This document shows, piece by piece, positions 27,975 through 36,927 of a stretch of DNA of 64,000 nucleotides. This DNA is from Acidobacteriota bacterium (GTDB lineage: Bacteria; Acidobacteriota; UBA6911; RPQK01; JAPXNP01). The notes beneath the pieces were generated by a model. That model saw only the letters and a program-made list of their open reading frames with translations. It had not been told where the DNA came from and did not search any database. Position 1 is the stretch's first letter. Each line of letters opens with the position of its first letter. The stretch covers positions 522,880 to 586,879 of the forward strand of contig CAXXHN010000002.1 of assembly GCA_963663735.2 (NCBI GenBank). Reading direction: 5' to 3'. A program made the position numbers and the translations under genes.

Positions 27975-28949
27975 CTAGAAAGTGAGGTCAGCGATAACAG
28001 GAAAGTGGTCGGAAGGATATCTTCCCCGGTTATTGTCCCTTATGATCATGGCCCCAACGGTGGAAAGGTGCCCCGAAATAAAAACGTAGTCGATTTTTTC
28101 CCCTACTGAATAACCTTCAAAGCGATTGGCTGTCCCAACCTTGACGGCCTCAGGATGTTTCGTCCGGAAAGTATCTTTAAAAGGATGAGGATTAGTCAGA
28201 GCTTCCCCTGTACTCATATTTATGGGCTGGTCTTCAAGCAGATACCTGATTACGGAATTGTACTCTCCGGAATTAAAATCCCCTGTTATTACCGCAGGGA
28301 TGCTGAGATCTTCCCGGTTCATGACACTTTTTGCTAACAACAGGGCGCTTTTTTCCCTTGAAGGCTGGGACTGGTGGTCAAAATGGGTGTTGTACATGTA
28401 AATTTCTCGGTTTAGCTTGGTATCCTTGAGTCTGGCCCAGGTAACGATCCTGGGAAGTGTGTTTCCCCAGGTTCTGCTTCCAGCTGTTCCAGGTGTGTCT
28501 GATAGCCAGTAAGTTTCACTGGTTATGACGTTGTAGCGGTCTTTAAGATAGAGAATCGCTGAGAATTCACCCTTTTTTTCCCCATTGTCCCTTCCGACAC
28601 CTAGATACGCATATTCGGGAAGTTGTTTAACTATTTCTTCAAGCTGGAAATCCAATGCCTCCTGTACTCCAATCAACTGTGGCTGGTACTCACTGATTAT
28701 GTCAAAGACCAAGCCCCGGCGAAGAGGCCAGGCATTCTCTTTATCATCTGCAGTTCCATAGCGGATGTTGAAACTCATGACCCGAAAGCTATCCTTCTGC
28801 TGGCTGGTCAGTTCCTCCTGGCTGGAAGGAAGAATTCCAGATGCCGCATTAATTGGTGAAATGATGGCTATTGCAGTAAAGAGCAGCAGGGAAAACGTAA
28901 TCACCTGTGTTGAGTGAAAGAGTTCAAAAGAGTGGCAAGAGTTTTTCAT
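27975..28949 (-). CDS. Endonuclease/exonuclease/phosphatase (EEP) family protein, exported
   Basis: 324 aa. N-terminal hydrophobic signal. FRVMSFNIRYG...IGVQEA...NTHFDH...GDFN...SDHFPV, the classical EEP motifs. Confidence 0.8.
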   Translation of the reverse strand: MKNSCHSFELFHSTQVITFSLLLFTAIAIISPINAASGILPSSQEELTSQQKDSFRVMSFNIRYGTADDKENAWPLRRGLVFDIISEYQPQLIGVQEALDFQLEEIVKQLPEYAYLGVGRDNGEKKGEFSAILYLKDRYNVITSETYWLSDTPGTAGSRTWGNTLPRIVTWARLKDTKLNREIYMYNTHFDHQSQPSREKSALLLAKSVMNREDLSIPAVITGDFNSGEYNSVIRYLLEDQPINMSTGEALTNPHPFKDTFRTKHPEAVKVGTANRFEGYSVGEKIDYVFISGHLSTVGAMIIRDNNRGRYPSDHFPVIADLTF

Positions 28950-29137
28950 AAGATTTTCCTGGTTGTGAAAGAGCGGAAACTTCCTTCAAAATACGAATTA
29001 TAGTTTTAATATTTTCTTCAAGCAAGAAGGAAATAGTAATATCGAATTCTTGTTGAGGTTGGCTGGGATTCCAGATTAGATAGAGTCGTGAAAATTTTTG
29101 TGGTACATTTTAAACAGAGCACGGAGGAAACCTGTTA

Positions 29138-29494
29138 ATGACCAGCGAAGAGAAAGCAGAACTTAAAAAAAGAATTGAAAAAGCTGTGTGTCCTTTATGT
29201 GTCAACTACACATTGGACGGTAGATGCGCCAATCCGGCTTTTGAAGATTGCCCTATAACTTTATTCTTTGATGATTTGGTTGAAATGATAATTGAATCCG
29301 GGCATATGCCCATGATGGACAGTTATTATGCCAACCTCCGGAAAAGAGTGTGTCCAGTCTGCGGGAAACGCAAAGGTGACGGCAGTTGTAAACCCCGCGA
29401 AGATGGGGACTGCTCGGTATTTAGCTACCTGCCTACGATTGTAAAAGTTGTTGAAGAGTACCTTAAGGAGAAAAATCTCCAGGAACTCCGTTAA
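29138..29494 (+). CDS. Hypothetical 8-Cys protein made of two copies of a CPxC-x5-DGxC-x6-DC module
   Basis: 118 aa, GGAGGAAA ribosome-binding site upstream. Half 1 is VCPLCVNYTLDGRCANPAFEDCPITLFFDDLVEMI; half 2 is VCPVCGKRKGDGSCKPREDGDCSVFSYLPTIVKVV. I recognise no family. Confidence 0.55.
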   Translation: MTSEEKAELKKRIEKAVCPLCVNYTLDGRCANPAFEDCPITLFFDDLVEMIIESGHMPMMDSYYANLRKRVCPVCGKRKGDGSCKPREDGDCSVFSYLPTIVKVVEEYLKEKNLQELR

Positions 29495-29730
29495 CCTGCT
29501 CCGCGGCCGGGATAACGGTTTCTTCAATGTCAGTGTTACATTTTTCATTTATTATCTCTCCCGGGGAATTTCTTCCTTACTTCAGGGCGTTCTTGAGAGC
29601 GCTTTGACCCCTTATTACTCTTTATTTTTTCAGCGTGGTCGTTTACTTTTAATCCATCTGGGGGCATCATATGACCTTGACCAGTCTGGATTGCCGATGA
29701 GTCATTGGCATTGATCAACAGGAGTTTGAC

Positions 29731-31416
29731 ATGAAAACCATAACCCGTTTCCTTCTTTTTCTTGCACTGTTTTCCTTTAATCTGTCCATGGCGGGAAAGT
29801 TATATGGATCTGGAAGCCCTGGCCAGGTTCCGGGATTAAAGGGAGTGGCTGGCATCATGGCCCCGGTGCTTCAGAGAGGCCGGGCAATAACACCTGCAGG
29901 AGCCGTAGAATCAGGTTATGTTGTGGTTGACGTTGTCGGCGCAGACGATGTGATCGACATTATTCTGCGGGGAAAACAAGTTACCTTTAAAACCATAAGA
30001 GGGCAAAAGCCCCTGAGGGTTGCAGCAGATTTCTCCTCTCCCATTCCCAGTGTGCCTGATCTGGTTCTGGGTGTGACTAAACTGGATGGCAGGGGAAATG
30101 TAGGCCTAACCGGCCGTCCGGCCAGTGCTAATAATTACAGTGTCACTCTGCGGGTAATGGATGCAGCGAGGGGAAAGGAGAATTGTAGATTCAGGCTGGA
30201 CTGGAGATTGCCGGGAGCAACACCTGCAGATGTGGTTCCAACGCGCGCTTCTGTTGCGCGTTCCACCCGTACCGCCAAGGTTGTCACGAGAAAGGTGCCC
30301 AGCAGGGTAACAAATTCAAGGATTAATGATACGGGATACGTGGAACTGAAGCTGGATGGTGTTGACGATATTGTTGAAGTGGAGATAAGCGGGAACAGCG
30401 CGCAATATACAACAGTCAGGGGAAGAAATCCTCAGAAAGCGGAAGTTGAGTTTTCCAGCCCGATTCCCAGGGATCCTACCTTATCCCTGGGTGTTGTCAA
30501 ATCATACGGGAGAGGGGAGATATCACTGACTGAGCGGCCCACAGCATCAAACAATTACACCACTACAGTACGACTTGTGGATTCGCGGGGCGGAAGGGAC
30601 AACTATAAATTCAGGATTACCTGGGAAAAAGGCGGTTCAGTGCGCACCAGGTCTTCATCGGCATCCTCCATACCTCTAAGCTCAATTCCAGCCAGGTCCG
30701 GACATGTTGAGGTGATTGTTGACGGTGCGGATGATATTCTGGATATAAGAATCAGGGGGGATCAGGTGGAAAACAAGGCTATAAAGGGTGGCACACCGCG
30801 CCAGGTTAAAGCTGATTTTTCGGCACCTCTTCCCCGGGTACCCGTTTCAGGACTGGTATTAAACAAGATAGCAGGAAGGGGCAATGTTGTATTAATGGAA
30901 GGACCTGATCGGGCTAATGATTTTACTGCCACAGTCAGGATTATTGATTCTAAAAGGGCTCAGGACAACTACCGGTTCAGATTGACCTGGGAGGTTTCCA
31001 ATGCCGTCTCTTCAGGTTCGGATAGTTATGAAAATGTCTTTGACAATAACCTGGGACAGGGAGGATACCAGAGAATTGCAGCTTATACCGGGAGTTCTTT
31101 CAAGTACACCAAGGAAGGAAGTTTTACATTCAGGGCAATTGTGGATGAGACGGCCCTGATTAAGATTGAGAACGGAGAGCTTTGGGGAATGACCTTGAAA
31201 GGCGATACGGTACGGGTTTTGGATGCCAGGTTCTCCCAGGGTTATCCGCGGGGTGATATGGAGCGCCTTGATATCAATGTTTTGCGAGGGAGAGGGGATG
31301 TTGAGATCCTGGAGAAGCCATGGAGCGGCAATAATTACGCGATAGTGATCAGGATTCACGATTCCCGGGGCGGAGATGATGAGTATGAATTTGAGCTTCG
31401 CTGGAAACAGAAGTAG
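29731..31416 (+). CDS. Secreted hypothetical protein composed of four ~100-aa repeats of an unrecognised domain
   Basis: 561 aa, AGGAG ribosome-binding site, signal peptide MKTITRFLLFLALFSFNLSMAG. Each repeat starts G(Y/H)V(V/E)..VDG.DD(I/V).(D/E)(I/V) and ends GRG(N/E/D)(V/I).L.E.P...N(N/D)(Y/F)..(T/I)(V/I)R(V/L/I).D...G.(D/E)(N/E)(C/Y).F.(L/I).W. Confidence 0.7.
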   Translation: MKTITRFLLFLALFSFNLSMAGKLYGSGSPGQVPGLKGVAGIMAPVLQRGRAITPAGAVESGYVVVDVVGADDVIDIILRGKQVTFKTIRGQKPLRVAADFSSPIPSVPDLVLGVTKLDGRGNVGLTGRPASANNYSVTLRVMDAARGKENCRFRLDWRLPGATPADVVPTRASVARSTRTAKVVTRKVPSRVTNSRINDTGYVELKLDGVDDIVEVEISGNSAQYTTVRGRNPQKAEVEFSSPIPRDPTLSLGVVKSYGRGEISLTERPTASNNYTTTVRLVDSRGGRDNYKFRITWEKGGSVRTRSSSASSIPLSSIPARSGHVEVIVDGADDILDIRIRGDQVENKAIKGGTPRQVKADFSAPLPRVPVSGLVLNKIAGRGNVVLMEGPDRANDFTATVRIIDSKRAQDNYRFRLTWEVSNAVSSGSDSYENVFDNNLGQGGYQRIAAYTGSSFKYTKEGSFTFRAIVDETALIKIENGELWGMTLKGDTVRVLDARFSQGYPRGDMERLDINVLRGRGDVEILEKPWSGNNYAIVIRIHDSRGGDDEYEFELRWKQK

Positions 31417-31486
31417 TAATGTGGCAACAGGGTTGGCCTGACGCGGATGACCGGTTTAAGATTTTCCAGGGATCCATTGAGCCGGA

Positions 31487-32710
31487 TTAATAACCCCTGA
31501 ATAACGGAAGCTTTTTGAAGTAAGGCATGGAAATCCGTCCCATCAGAGATTTGGGAATCAATCCTGCCCTGTAGCTGATAAGTCCCAACTGCATGATTTT
31601 TCCGGTTAAACTCGGGTTTTCTGAGACCATTTTTATGCGCTGAAATCTTTGCAGAGCCAGCTTTTCAGCATATTCTCTTATGGAAATACCCTGGCTTTCT
31701 GACCTGATAAAAAGATCTGTGTACAAGGGTTGAAAACTGTCGGTAATAAACCTGATTATCTGGAGATGCTTAATCCCTGCGAAAGACATGGTGCCGCCCA
31801 GCACACCTCCCGAATTTGTAACGAAATCGGGTATTGACAGGATATCTCTGGAAAGAAGAATTTTTTCAGCATCGGTTGTTACGGGAATATTGGCCCCTGA
31901 TATGAGAGCCCAGGCCTTGATGTTTCCGGCGTTTTTCGAAGTGACACTGTTATGGCGGGCACAGAGAGACAGGATGTCAACCGGGAGTTCCAGCAATTCT
32001 TCCCTGGTGATCTGCCGCGTACCCGGAAGATCATAAAAAAGGTTTTTTTCTCCATGTTCGGCCCTTGCGAGGAGAAGAGGGATATCCAGCCCTTTTTCAC
32101 ATTGAACCGCTCCGAATTTGGTGGCAACCGCTGTAATCAGGCATCCGGTCTCGTGAAGAAACCTGGCCAGAGAACTTCCTACCGCTCCAAAGCCTTCAAT
32201 GGCAAAAGTACACCTGTCCAGAGCTTTGTTTTTTCTCCTGCACGCGGCAATAATGCCGGCAAATACCGTAGCCGCGGTGTATACACCGGACAGCCTGCAT
32301 CCCAACTTCCATGGCTTCAGGCGGACTCCTCCGGACTCCAGTATAACGTTCAGGTCATCAATGGTTATGCCCATGTCTGTTCCTGGGAAATAGGCCTTTT
32401 TTTCCAGCCAGGGAGAAATCGCTTTTCCAAAATCCTCGAGCCTTTGTTTTCTATCCGAATCTGATTCCCCGGGTACGGCGATGATTCCGGCTTTGGCACC
32501 TCCCTGGGGAAGTCCCAGGAAACCATATTTAAGGGTCATGGCCCTGGCCAGCCCGGCAATTTCTGCAGCATCAACGCCTTCCAGATAGCGAAGACCCCCG
32601 CAAGACTTCCCGGCTATTTCGCTATCTATACCCAGGTACCCAAGGTCCACCTTATCCAGGGTGAATTTCCAGACCCTGGTACCGTTAATGTTTATTTCTT
32701 TAGTGTTCAT
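31487..32710 (-). CDS. Glu/Leu/Phe/Val-dehydrogenase-family protein (short form)
   Basis: 407 aa: GGLRYLEGVDAAEIAGLARAMTLKYGFLGLPQGGAKAGI (catalytic Lys region) and Rossmann motif EGFGAVGSSLARFL. The start overlaps the upstream methyltransferase gene by 11 nt. Confidence 0.75.
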   Translation of the reverse strand: MNTKEININGTRVWKFTLDKVDLGYLGIDSEIAGKSCGGLRYLEGVDAAEIAGLARAMTLKYGFLGLPQGGAKAGIIAVPGESDSDRKQRLEDFGKAISPWLEKKAYFPGTDMGITIDDLNVILESGGVRLKPWKLGCRLSGVYTAATVFAGIIAACRRKNKALDRCTFAIEGFGAVGSSLARFLHETGCLITAVATKFGAVQCEKGLDIPLLLARAEHGEKNLFYDLPGTRQITREELLELPVDILSLCARHNSVTSKNAGNIKAWALISGANIPVTTDAEKILLSRDILSIPDFVTNSGGVLGGTMSFAGIKHLQIIRFITDSFQPLYTDLFIRSESQGISIREYAEKLALQRFQRIKMVSENPSLTGKIMQLGLISYRAGLIPKSLMGRISMPYFKKLPLFRGY

Positions 32711-33605
32711 CAGGCTGACTTTGTTTCTTGACGGCGTGGATGCCGCTGTAATGAGCCGTAATGGACCGGGTAGGTAGTAACTCCATGTGTTCCATGGCTC
32801 TCAGCATTTTAAAAGTAAATTTTCCCGACGCGTTTTTGTTCAGCATCTTCAGGTATTTCAGAAACTGGATTGCCAATACCCTCGGACAGTGCATTATGGA
32901 AGCAGTGTCCTGTACATCCAGTCCGAGGGATCTGGTCACTTTGACCATTTTCCGGAGATTCCAGGTCTTCCCCATCTGGTAGGGGACCAGTGAACCAATG
33001 GTGCCGAAACGGCTGGTCAGTACATTCCTGAGGCTGACTATCGGATTGCGCGGATTGTCCATGGTCCATATCAAATGGCCTCCCGGCCGAAGTATCCTGG
33101 CCATGGCGCCTAGTGCCATTTCAATCTCTTTTTCGGTGGCAAAGTGGTCAAAGGTTGAATTGGAAATTATCAAATCGAAGCTATTTCCCGCAAAAGGAGG
33201 AGCAATGGCGTTTGAATTTACTGCCAGATAAGCAGTGTGTTTTTTTGCAGCAGAGAGTGTAGTTGAAAATGCGATATCGATCCCTGTCACATTTGTGGAT
33301 ATTTCTGATAAAAACGGAATCAGTCCCTGACCCAGTGACTCGTCAAACAGGTCAGTCTTAAGTGTTCTTTCAAATCTGGTTCCCTGAGATATGAACCTTT
33401 TCAGAAGTTCGGAGTTCAGGTAATCGGCATACTGGCGCCACAAATCATTGAGCACCGCCGGCAATATGTTGTCAGCCAGTGCGTTCCAGTATTCTGCTGA
33501 TTGGATGGGGTCATTTATATTCATGGAATTAGTTTTACAAACCTTCAGAGTATAGGTAACGTCCATCAATATGTCTAGATCGAAGTGGGATAATTTAGTA
33601 CTCAA
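32700..33605 (-). CDS. Class I SAM-dependent methyltransferase; start codon uncertain
   Basis: 301 aa from a TTG start; ATG alternatives lie at codons 14 and 28. Methyltransferase motifs: TDLFDESLGQG..., FDLIISNSTFDHF, ILRPGGHLIW. Confidence 0.7.
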   Translation of the reverse strand: MSTKLSHFDLDILMDVTYTLKVCKTNSMNINDPIQSAEYWNALADNILPAVLNDLWRQYADYLNSELLKRFISQGTRFERTLKTDLFDESLGQGLIPFLSEISTNVTGIDIAFSTTLSAAKKHTAYLAVNSNAIAPPFAGNSFDLIISNSTFDHFATEKEIEMALGAMARILRPGGHLIWTMDNPRNPIVSLRNVLTSRFGTIGSLVPYQMGKTWNLRKMVKVTRSLGLDVQDTASIMHCPRVLAIQFLKYLKMLNKNASGKFTFKMLRAMEHMELLPTRSITAHYSGIHAVKKQSQPDEH

Positions 33606-33772
33606 TACTCTTTTATAGCAGTGGATTGGATTATTCTTGCCACAGGCTTTTTCAAGAATATGATTTTGTTGATGGCACGTATCCAGGTTTCGGGAATTAT
33701 TGTGAAAAACCGAACTGGATAGTCACCCGGTCACCTGATAATATCTAATGCATTTTTTGGGGGAGGAACAGT

Positions 33773-34324
33773 GTGCAGTTTGATGAAGTAATCAGAAATA
33801 GAAGGACGGTGCGTGAATATGAATCCCGCCCTGTCCCGGATCAGGTTATTGAAGAAATATTATCCCTGGCCCAGTTGACCCCTTCTTCCATGAACGGGCA
33901 GCCATGGCATTTCATTATTGTAAGGAACAGGGAAACCCTGGACCGGTTGGTTGATCTGAAGAATCTTTATTGTCCGGTTGAAAAGCAGGAGTTTGCGGCT
34001 GATTTTATCCGTAAAGCTCCAGCTGTCATTTTTGTCTGCGTTGATCGGGCCAGATCATACGATCGCGGGATTGAAAACGCGGTACTGGCAACGGCTTATA
34101 TTCTTTTGGCAGCCAGCAGCAAGGGGTTGTCAGGCGTTTACATGTCAGCCTACCGCGCTGATAACCCGGCGATAGCTCAGTCATTCAGGGATTTGCTGGA
34201 TATCCCGCCAGAGTTTGATCCTGTCACCATTATTCCACTAGGGTATCCGGCCGTAGAACCGCCGGCAAAAAGTATACCGCATTTATCAGAAGTAATTTCA
34301 TATGAAACTTTCAGTAAAAAGTAA
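33773..34324 (+). CDS. Nitroreductase-family (FMN) protein
   Basis: 183 aa, GTG start 6-7 nt after GGGGGAGG. RRTVREYESRPVP...SSMNGQPWHFIIV is the typical nitroreductase N-terminus. Confidence 0.8.
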   Translation: MQFDEVIRNRRTVREYESRPVPDQVIEEILSLAQLTPSSMNGQPWHFIIVRNRETLDRLVDLKNLYCPVEKQEFAADFIRKAPAVIFVCVDRARSYDRGIENAVLATAYILLAASSKGLSGVYMSAYRADNPAIAQSFRDLLDIPPEFDPVTIIPLGYPAVEPPAKSIPHLSEVISYETFSKK

Positions 34325-35528
34325 GCCAGATTTTCTGGATAGTTTAAACCCGGAAGTGTCGTCTGTGACCAGTGTTGTCAGGCGTTACCTGAATGTTGTT
34401 CGCTTTGAGACAGACGAAGGGAAAGACAGAGAATTAAAGGCCCTGGTGCATGATGCCAGTATCAGGGAGGGTGCCAGAATTTTTCCCTGTTTCGAGTATC
34501 GCGGCGTGAATGTCTCGATTCTGGATGAAACAACCCTGATGCGAACGGGAACTTTAAAATCCATTGACGGCGCTGTTTCCATTGCGAGGAGTCTTCAGAG
34601 GGGCGACCGCAGGGTAGTGCTGGAAACCGGCGGGAATACCGGAACTGCGCTCTGTGCCTACGGATCCAGGATGGGAATGGAACTGTTTGTGTTCATGCCG
34701 GCAGAAAATATTTATTTACTTAACAGCGGTATCTTCAACAGTAAAGGGGTCCATCTTGCATCAGTAGATAACCCGGGAATGGTTAAACCAGTTGCCGACG
34801 CGTTCACTGAAGCAACCAGATACGCCCGCCATATTCCGGAAACACCATGGCGTTATGAAGCCGCCATGTTCAGGGGACTTTTTATTCTGGAGTTTTGTCT
34901 TCTCCATGGAGGATTTGACTGGATGTCCCAGACTATAAGTGCCGCTTTCGGGCCGATAGGCATCTATGGAGTGCTGCAGGCATTTTCTGATGACCTGGGA
35001 AGGCTGCCCCGGTTTCTGGGAGTACAACAGAAAGCAAACTGTCCCATGTATACATCCTGGAAATCCGGATCTGACAAGATTGAGCCAGTTGAACTTGAAT
35101 CCACAAGCCAGCTGCTAACCAGGGTAATGTATGATTCCAAGCCCCATACCTACGCGACTTACCAGGATTTACGAGAAGTATTAAGGTTAACTGATGGTGA
35201 CCTGGATACCATTGACCACGAGGAATTTGAAAGGATGCTGGAATACCGGTTTGACGGGTTGAGCATCCTTGAAGTACTGGCGGAAAACGGCATTAACGTC
35301 ACGGTAATGAATGGCTCAATTGTCGAGAAAACCGGGTTGATTGCCATAGCCGGTACTCTCAAGGCCATTGATAGCGGGCGCATCCCCAAGGGTAGCAGGG
35401 TGTTATGCAACCTGACCAGCGCCTGCAGCCTGGCTGACGGCAAGACAGAGGCGGAGCGGCGGATCAACAGCATCAAGGAAGCACTGGAATACAGCCGGGA
35501 GGTCAGGGAAAGGAACCACGATGCCTGA
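34302..35528 (+). CDS. Pyridoxal-phosphate-dependent enzyme of the Trp-synthase-beta / threonine-synthase-like (PALP) fold
   Basis: 408 aa: ...RTGTLKSIDGAVSIA...VVLETGGNTGTALCAYGSRMGMELFVFMP... (Lys-containing PLP motif and G-rich phosphate loop). Overlaps the nitroreductase gene by 23 nt. Confidence 0.65.
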   Translation: MKLSVKSKPDFLDSLNPEVSSVTSVVRRYLNVVRFETDEGKDRELKALVHDASIREGARIFPCFEYRGVNVSILDETTLMRTGTLKSIDGAVSIARSLQRGDRRVVLETGGNTGTALCAYGSRMGMELFVFMPAENIYLLNSGIFNSKGVHLASVDNPGMVKPVADAFTEATRYARHIPETPWRYEAAMFRGLFILEFCLLHGGFDWMSQTISAAFGPIGIYGVLQAFSDDLGRLPRFLGVQQKANCPMYTSWKSGSDKIEPVELESTSQLLTRVMYDSKPHTYATYQDLREVLRLTDGDLDTIDHEEFERMLEYRFDGLSILEVLAENGINVTVMNGSIVEKTGLIAIAGTLKAIDSGRIPKGSRVLCNLTSACSLADGKTEAERRINSIKEALEYSREVRERNHDA

Positions 35529-36474
35529 GCAGGCGGAAAGAATTATAATCAGGGACGTTACGCTTCGGGAAGGAATGGATGTGCCCGGGGTGGATTTTAC
35601 CTTTCCCCAGAGGCTGAAAATTGCCGCAGCCCTGGCCAATGCCGGAGTACCGGAAATTGAGATTGCAGCCCCGGCCAAGGTTGATGAAGACTCCGTTTTC
35701 GCCGGGATCTGCAGGGATAAAAGAGACCTGGTCCACTGTAAAACTTCAGGTCTTGTTTATGCTTTCCGGGAGAAGTGTTTCGCGGAGATAGAGCTGCTCG
35801 CGGGGTTGCTGGACAGGGTTGATATCCTGATGCCTCTTTCACCGGAGCGGCAGCCGTATCGGGAGGAGGAGAAAATCGAATGCATGCTGAAGGTGCTGGG
35901 TTACGGGAAAAAGGAGTTGTCCAGCGTGGGTGCAGGATTCCCTCACGCCCTTCACGCTGATCCGGAGTTCCTGGCCTTGGCCTGCCGGGAAGCGGAGTCT
36001 TGCGGGGCCGGGAGAATTACCATTTACGATACCGACGGCAAGGCTGATCCATTCACGGTTTTCCAGGTAATGGAAGAACTCCGGCAGGAGGTAGGGATTG
36101 AACTGTTTTTTCACGCCCACAATGACTTGGGAATGGCAGCAGCAAATTCATTTGCGGCAGCCATGGCAGGCGCAGACGGTTTGGATGTAACGGTTAACGG
36201 CCTGGGAGACAGAGCCGGGAATGCCTCCCTGGAACAGGTAATCATGAACCTGGAAATGGAGGAAATTGCAACCGGAATTTCTCCAGCGGGACTGAAAACA
36301 CTCTCCTGCCTTGTGGAAGTGGAGAGCGGGATTCCGGTACATCCTCTGGCCCCGGTGGTAGGGGAATATGTTTTCACCCACAAATCTCCGGGGCACCTGG
36401 GAATCACCAGCCTCTTTGAAGCTTTTGACCCCGGTGTACTGCGAAATGATTCCATGGAGAAGAAACAAAAGTAG
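35521..36474 (+). CDS. HMGL-like (DRE-TIM) aldolase/synthase related to homocitrate / isopropylmalate / citramalate synthases, lacking the C-terminal regulatory domain
   Basis: 317 aa: IIIRDVTLREGMDVPG (variant of the TLRDGxQ motif), FHAHNDLGMAAANSFAAAMAGADGLDVTVNGLGDRAGNASLEQV. Overlaps the PLP-enzyme gene by 8 nt. Confidence 0.75.
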   Translation: MPEQAERIIIRDVTLREGMDVPGVDFTFPQRLKIAAALANAGVPEIEIAAPAKVDEDSVFAGICRDKRDLVHCKTSGLVYAFREKCFAEIELLAGLLDRVDILMPLSPERQPYREEEKIECMLKVLGYGKKELSSVGAGFPHALHADPEFLALACREAESCGAGRITIYDTDGKADPFTVFQVMEELRQEVGIELFFHAHNDLGMAAANSFAAAMAGADGLDVTVNGLGDRAGNASLEQVIMNLEMEEIATGISPAGLKTLSCLVEVESGIPVHPLAPVVGEYVFTHKSPGHLGITSLFEAFDPGVLRNDSMEKKQK

Positions 36475-36562
36475 CTGCAGGGATTTTCTTAATATTAAAC
36501 AGCCAGGTGTCTGGCATCAGCTTTTCAATCAATCCAGACCTCAGTAATAAGTCCCGGAAGGC

Positions 36563-36892
36563 CGTCATGAATCAGCCTAGGATTAACGCCAGCGAGCTCC
36601 GGGTCATAAGCGAGACTGCCATTTAAATTCAACTCCCGGAGCGGTGTCACCTCCCCCAAAAGGGGGAGATAAAATCGAACTTGAAATCATGAATCCAGGA
36701 TTTCAGGAGACTAGATTTTATGAATTTCCTCCTCCTTTTTTTAAAAGAATCAAAAGCGCGAACGCGGACCATTCCTGGCGCTTTTGTTTAACTATTTTGG
36801 GGGCAAGTGTGTCCTTTGCACCTGCCATTTCCCGGAGTTCCCCCCTTTCGCTTTTTGAGCTGCTGAGGGGAACCCCGGGCTGATTCATGACG
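36563..36892. repeat. 330-bp element bounded by a perfect 15-bp inverted repeat and packed with internal hairpins
   Basis: CGTCATGAATCAGCC (36563..36577) and its exact reverse complement GGCTGATTCATGACG (36878..36892). Internal hairpins: GCTCCGGG/CCCGGAGC, CTCCCCC-AAAA-GGGGGAG, GAAATC/GATTTC and CAAAAGCGC-N18-GCGCTTTTG. No flanking direct repeat. Confidence 0.6.
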
Positions 36893-36927
36893 TTCTCCAG
36901 TTGCAGGTTTGAGGATGCAGCTGAGTT

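Noticed and set aside
36644-36883. 79-codon ORF inside the inverted-repeat-bounded element
   Set aside because: No ribosome-binding site, odd composition, and the ORF spans several hairpins. It is more likely non-coding.
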